Position numbers and translations under genes: made by a program. A stretch of 64,000 nt of DNA from an uncultured Bifidobacteriaceae bacterium. Its GTDB lineage: Bacteria > Bacteroidota > Bacteroidia > Chitinophagales > UBA10324. The notes under the pieces are model-generated. The model did not search any database. It was not told the origin of the DNA and saw only the letters and a list, made by a program, of their open reading frames with translations. This document shows, in pieces, positions 49,509-59,464 of the stretch. The stretch lies in the NCBI GenBank assembly GCA_964524035.1, contig CAZGBP010000004.1:2862-66861 (forward strand), in the 5' to 3' direction. The number at the start of each line of letters is the position of its first letter. The stretch's first letter is position 1.

Positions 49509-51941
49509 TTATCCTTTAATCCCTATTGGAAAAATAATCCGTACACTGAAATTTCTTCCCATGTCATAGATCCCCGTTCTTCCTGTCGCAATATTTTCCG
49601 GTGCATATTTCAACCGGCTTAAATGGCTTTGATAGGCCGAATTCAAAAGGTTATTGCAGGTGAGGCTAATGGTAAATAGGACTGACTCCCGCACCCATAC
49701 ATCCGTACCGATTCCGGCATTAAACAATACATAACCGGGAGTAGGTGTTTCTGTTCCAAATGCACTGTAAACATGGTTTTGACGGAAGTTGACCGACATG
49801 CCGAGTTCTGCAAACAGGTTCCTGAAGGTATTACGCCACTCAAAAAAATTAGCGCGCAATTCTGATTGAAATTCCGGCGCCGGTGTAAAGGGCAGGTACT
49901 TTGTAGAATCGGGCTGATCTTGCTGAACGGACTGCACCAGAGAAAATGAATTCTTAAAATGCAGCCAATCGAACGGATGCGGATGAATATCTACCACCAC
50001 TTCACCACCAAATAAATTCGCATGTCCCTGAGTGTATTTATAGACCGGCACGAAATCACCTTCCTCTTCAATAACAGAGTCTCCACCAAGCGCACTGCTC
50101 AGTTTCTCGGGAAAAATAAAATTTGAAATATTGTTATCGAACAAATTCAATTCTGCAGTAATATGCTCCGAGTTAAATCCGAAACCCAGATCAAACTGCC
50201 AGCTCGTTTCGGCTTTCAGGTCCCCGTTACCAATCTCATAACGAAACGTACCTTCATGGCGGCCATTTGAACTTAACTCCGCAATATTGGGTGCCCGGAA
50301 ACCACGTGCAATGTTTGCTTTAACAATTACAGATTTTGAAACCTGGTAACTGATTCCAGCACTTCCGGCTATTGCCGAAAAAACTGCCTTCTCCCCGTTG
50401 AACTTCGCATACGAGTTTGAATCAGGCTCCTCCACTTGCTGATCATCCATATTCAGATAAAGCGATTGCATTTCAATATTGCGATGGTCATACCGTATGC
50501 CTCCGCTAAGGGTAAGCCTGTTTACCGTTCGTTGCGCGAATACAAAGACGCCTGCATCAAACAGGTTGTAATCAGGTATTAGAAATTCCGTGCCTTTATT
50601 TTTATTATCCTGGTACATACCGTTTACGCCAACGGTCATGTTCCACCCACCTGTTTCCGGAAAGGTCCACCTTACATCATAGGGCAACGTATTTAAGAAA
50701 AAAAACAATCCATAAGCATCGGGTGCAAGCACGTTATCAAACTCGCGTCGCTGGTTGTTTTCATATCCCGCAGTCACATACAATTTCGAGGCGTTGATGT
50801 AAATGCTATTTACCAGTGAGACTTTGTAATGATTCACCAACTGGTACGGGGTATATACTTTGTAGGAAGTGAGTTCATCCCCGGAGGCGGTATATACTTC
50901 AATCGTACTGTCATTAACAGCCACCTCCTTTGTAAAGGCACCGGTACTGTCGCGCTCCCCTTCCGCCAAACCGGGTTTAAACTGATAGAGGCTGAAATTC
51001 AGATGTGAGTATCCCCATTTCTTATTGAAACCAAGATAACCGCTGCCCGACCATTCATTAAAGCCTGAATTAAATACCGGCCCGTCATATTTATTTTTAT
51101 AGCTATGGGTCTGTTTGGCGCTAAACCTTCCCAACCACACAAATCCCTTTTGATTACCGGCCACGGAAGCCGAATATCCCGCCATTCCATTGTTACTCTG
51201 ATAATTTGCCATTATGCTGCCTTCAATATTCCCCTCGGCAACCGGGTCCGGTGAAAGCATGTTGATTACACCTGCCAAAGCATCAGAACCGTACATGATG
51301 CTCCCCGGGCCTTTTAACACTTCCACTTTATTCACTGAATATTCATCTATTTCTATTCCATGCTCATCTCCCCATTGCTGCCCCTCCTGCCGTATTCCAT
51401 CATTTAAAACCACCACCCTGTTATAGCCTAAGCCGCGGATCTCCGGTTTCGAAATTCCGGGGCCGGTGGTAACCTGCGAGATTCCGGGTTCTTTTGCAAT
51501 GGCATCAATAATATTTGTTGCTGCATGTTGCTGCAAATCCTGCTTGGAGAGTACCGAGATAGGCGTTGGCGTACGCTTTACTTCAGTGGCTATGGAGACA
51601 CCGGTTACAATCACTTCATTCTGTTCGAGCACGGAGGTTGACAGCTTAAAATCTGCTGTTGCCTCACCCCGGATGCTGATTCGCCTGGTGATAGTGGTAT
51701 AGCCGAGGTAACGCACTTCAACTAAAAAATCACCGGATGGAATTTTGTTAATGCGGTAGTGGCCCGTTTCATCTGAAATAGTACCCGACTTTAATTCAGG
51801 AATAGAGATGGTTGCGCCGACAAGCGGAGAACCGTCCAGGGCATCGGAAATATTTCCGTAAAGGATGTTCTGCCCTTTTAAGAATAATGGCAACCCTGCG
51901 AATAAACAAATAATGAACGCAACTTTTGTATTTGACTGCAT
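49509..51941 (-). CDS. TonB-dependent outer-membrane receptor with N-terminal CarboxypepD_reg domain
   Basis: Signal peptide, then GNISDALDGSPLVGATISI...(carboxypeptidase-regulatory-like fold). Plug domain (VEVLKGPGSIMYGSDALAGVINM). A long beta-barrel ends in an aromatic-rich C-terminus. Confidence 0.9.
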   Translation of the reverse strand: MQSNTKVAFIICLFAGLPLFLKGQNILYGNISDALDGSPLVGATISIPELKSGTISDETGHYRINKIPSGDFLVEVRYLGYTTITRRISIRGEATADFKLSTSVLEQNEVIVTGVSIATEVKRTPTPISVLSKQDLQQHAATNIIDAIAKEPGISQVTTGPGISKPEIRGLGYNRVVVLNDGIRQEGQQWGDEHGIEIDEYSVNKVEVLKGPGSIMYGSDALAGVINMLSPDPVAEGNIEGSIMANYQSNNGMAGYSASVAGNQKGFVWLGRFSAKQTHSYKNKYDGPVFNSGFNEWSGSGYLGFNKKWGYSHLNFSLYQFKPGLAEGERDSTGAFTKEVAVNDSTIEVYTASGDELTSYKVYTPYQLVNHYKVSLVNSIYINASKLYVTAGYENNQRREFDNVLAPDAYGLFFFLNTLPYDVRWTFPETGGWNMTVGVNGMYQDNKNKGTEFLIPDYNLFDAGVFVFAQRTVNRLTLSGGIRYDHRNIEMQSLYLNMDDQQVEEPDSNSYAKFNGEKAVFSAIAGSAGISYQVSKSVIVKANIARGFRAPNIAELSSNGRHEGTFRYEIGNGDLKAETSWQFDLGFGFNSEHITAELNLFDNNISNFIFPEKLSSALGGDSVIEEEGDFVPVYKYTQGHANLFGGEVVVDIHPHPFDWLHFKNSFSLVQSVQQDQPDSTKYLPFTPAPEFQSELRANFFEWRNTFRNLFAELGMSVNFRQNHVYSAFGTETPTPGYVLFNAGIGTDVWVRESVLFTISLTCNNLLNSAYQSHLSRLKYAPENIATGRTGIYDMGRNFSVRIIFPIGIKG

Positions 51942-52029
51942 AGCGTGATTTTATGACTGAATGATCAATAGTCACCCCGAATGCTTCCGGGGGAAATACC
52001 TATTCATGACATGGTATCATGTCTAAAAT

Positions 52030-52350
52030 TCAGCAAACCACAGGAGGTCCGCGATCAGAAGAGCAGACCGGAAAAGAGAATAAACAGCGGGTTAGTACCC
52101 TGCTTAGAACTACGGTAAGTTCAATGGGTGTTTCCGGAAGCACTGCTTCTGCGGGGCCAATAAAAAGCGGCAACGACAACTGAAGGGAGCAACAATGCGT
52201 GTGAACCTGCCCGATTTGCAGATCAGTATGCAATTTATCTACGGTATCTTCATGGCCACACAGCACATGAATAAGATGCTGCGGAGCTGCAGCAAACAGA
52301 AATGTGGCCAACAAAAAACAGGATATTATTTGCCGTGCCATATTCTTCAT
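52030..52350 (-). CDS. Small Cys/His-rich membrane-anchored protein upstream of the TonB-dependent receptor (possibly HYC_CC_PP-like)
   Basis: N-terminal hydrophobic anchor IISCFLLATFLFAAA, then HVLCGH, HTHCC and a C-terminal GPP. The order and spacing are reminiscent of the Bacteroidota HYC_CC_PP small-protein family. This assignment is from memory only. Confidence 0.4.
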   Translation of the reverse strand: MKNMARQIISCFLLATFLFAAAPQHLIHVLCGHEDTVDKLHTDLQIGQVHTHCCSLQLSLPLFIGPAEAVLPETPIELTVVLSRVLTRCLFSFPVCSSDRGPPVVC

Positions 52351-52441
52351 ACTGGTTACAAATATACATTTTGCTCCGTAACCTTCCATAAATGAGGTTA
52401 ATTAATCAACTTCACTCTTTCTAACCATTCTCTATCCTGCC

Positions 52442-53848
52442 ATGCAAATCAAATTCTGCGGCGCCGCGCGTGTTGTTACCGGCAGTTCTCACCTGCTGTT
52501 GCTGGATGATGGCTTTAAGCTTTTGCTTGACTGTGGCCTGTTTCAGGGCGGAGAATATTATATTGATGCATACAATGCCACGTTTGAATTTGACCCGAAA
52601 GAGATTGATGCCCTCATTTTATCACATGCGCATATCGATCACAGTGGCAGAATTCCGAAACTGGTAAAAGAAGGATTCCGTGGAAAAATTTTCTGTACTG
52701 CGGCAACCAAAGATTTATGTGAGATAATGCTTCGCGACAGCGCGCATATCCAGGAAAATGATGCGAAGTTTATTAATAAAAAAAGGGCTAAGAGAAATCA
52801 GGCTCCAATAGAACCTTTATACAAACAGGATGATGTGGAAGCAGCCCTTAAACTTTTTGTGGCCGTAAATTATGAAACCGTTTTTGAAGTGCACAAAGGG
52901 GTAACCGCCTATTTCCGCGATAATGGCCATATTATCGGCAGCGGGAGTATTTTGATTCATATCCGCTCCGGTAAACGTGAATTAAAAGTCGGTTTCACCG
53001 GCGACATCGGCCGGCCTAACCGCCCGATACTAAAAGATCCGATCCAGATGGAGGAAGCCGACTATCTTATCTGCGAATCTACCTATGGAGGCAGGTCTCA
53101 CGACAGTTTTCCTGATGACAAGGAATATTTTCTGAAGGTTATACTTGACACCTGCATTAGCAGGAAAGGCAAACTCATCATTCCGGCATTCAGCATCGGC
53201 AGAACACAAGAACTTGTTTTTATGCTCGATCAGTTGAATAAAGAAAACAGGTTGCCTCCCATACCGGTATTTGTAGACAGTCCGTTATCAACCAATGCTA
53301 CAGAGATCTACCGCAAACATCCGGAATGTTTTGACGATGCGATCACGCAATACCTCCATTCAGATTCCAATCCTTTTGGATTCAATAACCTGCAATACAT
53401 TACCGAAGTGGAACAATCGAAGGCGCTGAATCTTTTTCCCGGACCCTGTATCATAATTTCTGCATCAGGTATGGCGGAAGCAGGCCGGATTGTACATCAT
53501 ATCTTTAATAATATGGAAAATGCACGCAATACCATTCTCATCGTCGGTTACTGTGCCGAACAATCACTGGGGTGGAAAATCCGGAAAGGTATTTCGCCCA
53601 TTAAACTATTCGGTGAAGAAAAGCAGCTGAAGGCTAAAGTGGAAATCATGGATTCGTTCAGTGCACACGGAGACCATAATGAATTGCTTGCATTCCTTCA
53701 CAACCAAAACCGCACACGCCTGAAAAAAATATTCCTGGTTCATGGAGATTTCGAATCACAGCTTGCTTTTAAGAAAGGCCTGGAGAAAAATGGTTTCCAC
53801 TTCATTTCCATGCCGGAAAAAGGAGAAGTGAAGCAACTGGAATACTGA
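52442..53848 (+). CDS. MBL-fold beta-CASP family hydrolase (RNA-metabolising metallo-beta-lactamase)
   Basis: HAHIDHSGRIP (HxHxDH), then ESTYGGR, later SAHGDHNEL and VHGD motifs typical of beta-CASP/RMMBL. Confidence 0.85.
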   Translation: MQIKFCGAARVVTGSSHLLLLDDGFKLLLDCGLFQGGEYYIDAYNATFEFDPKEIDALILSHAHIDHSGRIPKLVKEGFRGKIFCTAATKDLCEIMLRDSAHIQENDAKFINKKRAKRNQAPIEPLYKQDDVEAALKLFVAVNYETVFEVHKGVTAYFRDNGHIIGSGSILIHIRSGKRELKVGFTGDIGRPNRPILKDPIQMEEADYLICESTYGGRSHDSFPDDKEYFLKVILDTCISRKGKLIIPAFSIGRTQELVFMLDQLNKENRLPPIPVFVDSPLSTNATEIYRKHPECFDDAITQYLHSDSNPFGFNNLQYITEVEQSKALNLFPGPCIIISASGMAEAGRIVHHIFNNMENARNTILIVGYCAEQSLGWKIRKGISPIKLFGEEKQLKAKVEIMDSFSAHGDHNELLAFLHNQNRTRLKKIFLVHGDFESQLAFKKGLEKNGFHFISMPEKGEVKQLEY

Positions 53849-54056
53849 ATGCCGGCACCGTGAAAAAGCCATTTAATTGCATACAAAGTGCTCAACCCCA
53901 ATTTTCAGACATAAAAATCGGTAAATCATTTTTATTTAATGGAGATCACGTTATCTTTCTTGCATCATTTAAAGTTATGGTGCTTCACTTAAAATGTGTT
54001 TCAGGAAGAAACAGCCAAAGCCCAACAGAAGCAACCTATCCTAAACATTGATTGCC

Positions 54057-55163
54057 ATGCACTGCAGAAAAATAGTTACCTGCCTGTTCATTGCCGGTTT
54101 CCTGACGCTCCGCCTGAATGCACAGACCTGCATCAGCGGTAATTGTTATAATGGAGTGGGTACCTACCTCTTCGCCGATAATGCGGAATATACCGGACAA
54201 TGGCTGAATGGCGTACGGACAGGTGTTGGCTGTTATGACTGGGCTGATGGCTCATTCTACCTGGGTTACTTTGTAAGCGGTAAACTCGAAGGTAATGGCA
54301 TCTACCTGGGTAACGATGATAAGGAAACAACCCTGATTGGCGTTTTTAAAGATGGAAAGCTGGTAGAATCAAAAGATTTTGGCTCATCGGGTTGCCTGAT
54401 TGGAAATTGCTACGATGGGGTAGGTATCTACTTATGGACAAACGATGATCTGTATGTGGGTGAGTGGAAAAACGGAATCCGGACCGGTTACGGTAGATTT
54501 GACTGGGCAAGCGGGGATTTTTATACCGGTTACTTTAAAGATAATTTATTAGACGGCAGGGGCTTTTACAGTAAAAAGGATGGAACAGAAATGGATGGCT
54601 ACTTTGAAAAAAATGTCTTCATCCGCAAAGCCGAAACGGAAGTGGCATCACCATCCTATCAGTCTACCCCTGCTTTGGGTGTTAAGGATGCCTCCTTTAT
54701 TGCGTACGACAATGTGTGTACCTTATTAAATGAAGTTATTAAAAGCTATCCCGGCGATTTTGCCGCAATAAAAGGAGGTACCAATAATGATTACCTGGCT
54801 TTGTATACCTGGCATTCATCCGTAGGGATGAAAGGTGGAATTGAAGCCGGTCTTTATGCATCATTGAACGACAAATCGCTTGCTGCACTCTGGTACAATA
54901 CCATACTGGATTTTACTGATGTAAAACAGGCAATGGACGAGTATGACGCATTGGTAGCAAACTTCAGTAATTGCGAGGCTGCCTGTGGTTCAATGACCAT
55001 ACGCACCAGCAACAAACCCAATGAACGATACTCGACCTTTTTTGAACCGGTATCAGCGGGGAAAGAGTATAAAGGCATGCAGGTAATTATTGAATTGATC
55101 TATGTCGATTATGATAAGTCGTGGGAAATTGAATTGCAGGTTTTAAATGATGCCAAATTCTAA
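54057..55163 (+). CDS. MORN-repeat protein with unique C-terminal domain (secreted)
   Basis: Signal peptide. Repeated YxGxWxNGxxxGxG units (YTGQWLNGVRTGVG, YVGEWKNGIRTGYG, YTGYFKDNLLDGRG). Confidence 0.75.
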   Translation: MHCRKIVTCLFIAGFLTLRLNAQTCISGNCYNGVGTYLFADNAEYTGQWLNGVRTGVGCYDWADGSFYLGYFVSGKLEGNGIYLGNDDKETTLIGVFKDGKLVESKDFGSSGCLIGNCYDGVGIYLWTNDDLYVGEWKNGIRTGYGRFDWASGDFYTGYFKDNLLDGRGFYSKKDGTEMDGYFEKNVFIRKAETEVASPSYQSTPALGVKDASFIAYDNVCTLLNEVIKSYPGDFAAIKGGTNNDYLALYTWHSSVGMKGGIEAGLYASLNDKSLAALWYNTILDFTDVKQAMDEYDALVANFSNCEAACGSMTIRTSNKPNERYSTFFEPVSAGKEYKGMQVIIELIYVDYDKSWEIELQVLNDAKF

Positions 55164-55229
55164 CACCGGTTCATAATGGATCATTTCATCCTGAAAATGA
55201 GTTAATGAACTCCCTGCCAAATATTCCGG

Positions 55230-55802
55230 ATGCAATTCAGTAAACCATTTGTTGAACATACTGCCTGGAGAACGCATCCGGTTTCTATAGTGATCCGGGT
55301 GCTAGCTGCACTGCTGTTGTTGCAATGCCTGTGGCTGTCATCGTGCTCCAAAACAACCATTTACATAGTAAGACATGCTGAAAAAGATACGGTAAAGTCT
55401 GCTGATCCGCCGCTGACATCAGCCGGACTTCAACGCTCACAGGATCTGGCTTTGTTATTAAAAAATGATCGGCTGGCTAAAATCTATTCCACCAATTTTA
55501 TCAGGACCCTTGCTACCGTTCAACCCACTGCTGATCATCATGAAATTAGTGTAAATTTATATAATACTATTCCGGAACTGGGAGAAATGCTATCATTTGG
55601 CAATAAGAAGAATATACTGATTGCCGGACACAGCAATACGATTCTTGAAATTGCAGAAATGCTGGGCACAAACCCGGTAAGACAACAAATTGAGGATACC
55701 GATTATGACAACCTGCTTATTGTTAAAAAGACGCGATTTCTTTTCTGGGACAAAAATGTTTTAGAAGAAACAACCTATGGTGCCCCTACCTTGCCGGAGT
55801 AA
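55230..55802 (+). CDS. Histidine-phosphatase-superfamily protein (SixA/PGAM-like)
   Basis: IYIVRHAEK (RHG-type catalytic His) and AGHSNT motifs. The N-terminal hydrophobic segment ending in SSC suggests export or lipidation. Confidence 0.75.
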   Translation: MQFSKPFVEHTAWRTHPVSIVIRVLAALLLLQCLWLSSCSKTTIYIVRHAEKDTVKSADPPLTSAGLQRSQDLALLLKNDRLAKIYSTNFIRTLATVQPTADHHEISVNLYNTIPELGEMLSFGNKKNILIAGHSNTILEIAEMLGTNPVRQQIEDTDYDNLLIVKKTRFLFWDKNVLEETTYGAPTLPE

Positions 55803-56471
55803 TCTATTGAAGCTGCCAACTGCTGCCATCACGCATGTTGATGTTTGACTTTGGATGATTGTAATGGGCGGCGTCCCCTGCGCAATGTCAAGTTCCCCTG
55901 GTAGTTGTATTGAATTAAGTTCACCTGTACGTTGCAATGGCAACGCTTCGCTTTCGCCGATGGTGCGTTCCTGCTTTGGAAGAAGCCTAATCAATTTCTG
56001 ATAATGATTGAAACATTAATGCCAAAGTAAATCAACAATTCAATCAGTTGCCTACCCTGTTGAATCGTAAATGCTGTTTGAATATTTGGTAATCCGGACC
56101 TGTTCCACACGGTGGAATAATTCTTCTATAGGAAGGTTTGTTTGGGAAGGGTTGTGAAGCACACGGCGGAAATTATTCAATAGGGTTCTGCGGGATCAGT
56201 GTGTCAGTGTTTATATGCTCTTCTTAAAATAATGTCTTGAAAAACGACAATTAGGTAAATACCCTAAAAACCGGAAAGGAAGTGCTTTCTAAAAACATTC
56301 ATTATTTCCTGGCAGCAACTAAATCATAAAACTTTAAACATTCTCTGTGTAATTCTTTGCGGCCCGGAGCCAAAGAATATGCAATCAATAAATTGCTCTC
56401 TTACAACTTAACCGGCCGGACTTCTTTTTATCACCGCAATTTGCAATTACTTTTGCAGTAAATTTTCAGTC

Positions 56472-58151
56472 ATGTCATTAACTATTCCTTCCATCAAACC
56501 CAGGACACTGAGGGCAGCGCATGGTAGTCAGCTCACCTGTAAAGGCTGGGTACAGGAGGCAGCGTACCGTATGCTGCACAATAACCTTGACCCTGAAGTG
56601 GCCGAACGCCCGGACGAACTAATAGTATATGGCGGACTCGGCAAAGCAGCGCGAAACTGGGAATCGCTGGAACTGATCCTGAAAGCTCTGAAAGATCTGA
56701 ATGAAGATGAAACGTTGCTCATTCAATCAGGAAAGCCTGTCGGTATCCTGCCTACTCATAAAGATGCGCCCAGGGTTATTATCTCCAACTCCATGCTGGT
56801 TCCCAAATGGGCTACCTGGGAACACTTCCGCGAACTGGATGCAAAGGGATTGATGATGTATGGACAAATGACTGCCGGATCGTGGATTTATATCGGTTCG
56901 CAGGGAATAGTTCAGGGTACCTATGAAACTTATCTCTCGCTTGCAAATATTCACTTTAAAGGAATTCTGAAAGGAACGCTGAATGTGACGGCCGGACTTG
57001 GCGGCATGGGTGGGGCACAACCACTGGCCATTACCATGAATGAAGGTGTTTGTCTCGCTGCCGAAATGGAAGAGTGGCGCATTCAGAAAAGAATAGAAAC
57101 CCGTTACCTGGATAAATATTCCAATGATATTGATACTGCCATTGACTGGGCGCTTGATGCCAAGGCAAAAGGCGAAGCTGTTTCGATTGCGGTCTGCTGC
57201 AATGCCGTTGAATTGCTGCAGCGAATGATTGACCGCAACATCACACCGGATACTCTGACCGATCAAACCTCAGCACATGATGAACTGATTGGATATTTCC
57301 CGGAAGGATTATCCGTGGAGCAGGCCAGGGTATTGCGTGAGCGTAATCCTGAAGAATATTGCAACCGTTCACTGGATACCATGGCAAAGCATGTGAGGCA
57401 GATGCTGGAACTGCAACAAAGAGGTGCAATCACTTTTGATTATGGCAACAACCTGCGCGGACAGGCACATGATAAACGCGGTGTTAAGAATGCTTTTGAT
57501 TTCCCGGGATTTGTACCGGCCTATATTCGTCCTCTGTTTTGTGAAGGGAAGGGCCCTTTCCGATGGGCGGCATTAAGTGGCGATCCACATGATATTGCAG
57601 TGACGGATGCATTGCTGATGGAGTTATTTCCTGAAAATGCCGGCCTGCACCGTTGGCTGAAGATGGCGAAGGAAAAAATCGCTTTCCAGGGATTGCCTGC
57701 ACGTATTTGCTGGTTAGGCATGGGTGAACGCGAAAAGGCAGGGCTTGCTTTCAATGAACTGGTGCGCACCGGAAAAGTAAAGGCACCGATTGTAATCGGC
57801 AGAGATCATCTCGATACAGGAAGTGTTGCCTCACCCAACCGGGAAACGGAAGCGATGCTCGATGGAAGTGATGCTGTAGCCGACTGGCCGATATTAAATG
57901 CATTGATCAACACTGCAGGAGGTGCGAGTTGGGTTTCCGTACATCATGGTGGTGGCGTAGGAATGGGTTATTCCATTCATGCAGGAATGGTGATTGTAGC
58001 TGATGGTACCGATGATGCTGCCCGCAGGTTGAAGCGTGTGCTTCACAACGATCCGGCTATGGGTGTGATCAGGCATGCTGATGCAGGGTATGATATTGCG
58101 AAGGATACGGCGAGGGAATTCAGGTTGGATTTGAAGGAAAGGTTGAAATAA
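56472..58151 (+). CDS. hutU: Urocanate hydratase
   Basis: The 559-aa length and strongly conserved blocks ([45 protein letters not shown]) are typical of HutU. Confidence 0.95.
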   Translation: MSLTIPSIKPRTLRAAHGSQLTCKGWVQEAAYRMLHNNLDPEVAERPDELIVYGGLGKAARNWESLELILKALKDLNEDETLLIQSGKPVGILPTHKDAPRVIISNSMLVPKWATWEHFRELDAKGLMMYGQMTAGSWIYIGSQGIVQGTYETYLSLANIHFKGILKGTLNVTAGLGGMGGAQPLAITMNEGVCLAAEMEEWRIQKRIETRYLDKYSNDIDTAIDWALDAKAKGEAVSIAVCCNAVELLQRMIDRNITPDTLTDQTSAHDELIGYFPEGLSVEQARVLRERNPEEYCNRSLDTMAKHVRQMLELQQRGAITFDYGNNLRGQAHDKRGVKNAFDFPGFVPAYIRPLFCEGKGPFRWAALSGDPHDIAVTDALLMELFPENAGLHRWLKMAKEKIAFQGLPARICWLGMGEREKAGLAFNELVRTGKVKAPIVIGRDHLDTGSVASPNRETEAMLDGSDAVADWPILNALINTAGGASWVSVHHGGGVGMGYSIHAGMVIVADGTDDAARRLKRVLHNDPAMGVIRHADAGYDIAKDTAREFRLDLKERLK

Positions 58152-58186
58152 ATTCTTACTAACTTACAATCGAAATACACAGTGAA

Positions 58187-58423
58187 ATGACAACAATAGA
58201 AATTAAAATGAGTGACGATCTTGTTAGGTCACTTGGCGGAAGAAAGCATATTCAAAAAGCAGTTATTGATGAATTAGAGTACCAGCACTTCAGAAATCTA
58301 TCTGAGAAACTTCATAAATCAATGAAAAAAGCCAAAGGTGTAAACTGGGAAACAGAGTTCAAAATGGCGAGAAAAAGGGCTCTAAGGAAGTACATGTCTC
58401 AAAGGAAGAGTAATGAGAGATAG
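58187..58423 (+). CDS. Small basic protein, putative antitoxin of the adjacent PIN protein
   Basis: 78 aa. It overlaps the downstream PIN ORF by 11 nt. No motif recognised; the call rests on position only. Confidence 0.4.
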   Translation: MTTIEIKMSDDLVRSLGGRKHIQKAVIDELEYQHFRNLSEKLHKSMKKAKGVNWETEFKMARKRALRKYMSQRKSNER

Positions 58424-58850
58424 TTATGTAATTGATTCTAACATTCTTTTCAGCAGCCTGTTAAGCAGGAAAGAATTTTACAGATCAATCTTCATTGAAA
58501 ATGAAATGTATACTCCTGACTTTGCACTTATTGAAATAGAGGAATATAAACAAATTATCCTGGGGCATTCAGATTATGACGCCAATAATCTTAAAGAATT
58601 TACGCTGTTTATTTTTTCAAGAGTAATTGTAGTTCCAGGTTTTATTATTTCAAAATCAGCATTGCAACAAGCCATTAATCTGTGTAAAATCATTGATTCT
58701 GATGACTATGTTTACGTTGCATTAGCAATCGAACTGAATAATACACTTATTACCCGCGACAAGCCCCTTTGCAAATCATTGCAAAAACAAGGTTTTGAAA
58801 AAGTGATATTGTTTGATCAGTTTGTACGGGAAAATATTCCTCCCAAATAA
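58413..58850 (+). CDS. PIN-domain protein (VapC-like toxin candidate)
   Basis: N-terminal acidic motif YVIDSNIL, a mid-protein E (LIEIEE), and a late TRD motif (LITRDKPL). The size and residue order fit PIN nucleases. Confidence 0.55.
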   Translation: MRDSYVIDSNILFSSLLSRKEFYRSIFIENEMYTPDFALIEIEEYKQIILGHSDYDANNLKEFTLFIFSRVIVVPGFIISKSALQQAINLCKIIDSDDYVYVALAIELNNTLITRDKPLCKSLQKQGFEKVILFDQFVRENIPPK

Positions 58851-58966
58851 CTCACCCTGAATCGTGAATTCCTTACAATTTTCACTTTGTAATAGTTCCG
58901 TCATCGTTCTTCTCAATTCCATTTGTTAACTGTGATTTCTCTAGATTTGAGCAATGTTAAATTTTT

Positions 58967-59347
58967 ATGCTCATTAAAAACATATTAGCACACGCTTTTC
59001 TCTGACTGATCTCATTCACGATAGTTGCCCAAAACTGCGCTCCTGAAAGCGCATTTGATTTTCTCGATATTAATAATGTGAAGGCCCGTATCAACAATGG
59101 CAGCGATATGTGGTGAGATTTAGACCATGACGCTCAATGCATAGTTCCGAAAAATGGAAATGATTCCTCACTGTTTGCAGGTGCATTGTGGATAGGCGGC
59201 ATTGATGCAAATGGTCAATTAAGAGTGGCTGCTCAATCATACAGACAAACCGGAAATGATATTTTCCCTGGACCATTAGATGCAAATGGAAATGTTTCGC
59301 AGATGACTTGTCAAAATTTTGATCGCTTCTGGAAAGTGAAAAGATAA
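58967..59347 (+). pseudogene. Truncated remnant of a secreted Bacteroidota protein gene with two in-frame TGA codons
   Basis: One frame reads MLIKNILAHAFL*LISFTIVAQNCAPESAFDFLDINNVKARINNGSDMW*DLDHDAQCIVPKNGNDSSLFAGALWIGGIDANGQLRVAAQSYRQTGNDIFPGPLDANGNVSQMTCQNFDRFWKVKR*. That is a signal peptide plus a conserved N-terminal region. Stops are at 59003-59005 and 59114-59116, and the frame ends after 126 codons. Confidence 0.6.
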
Positions 59348-59464
59348 AATATCTGAACTGAGATTATTGTGATGAAAAATGAGGGTGATGTGATGAATCA
59401 TCCCAATGACAAGCATCACAACAATCACAGTACAGACAACTGGAATAATGTCTCAAAAGACTGC

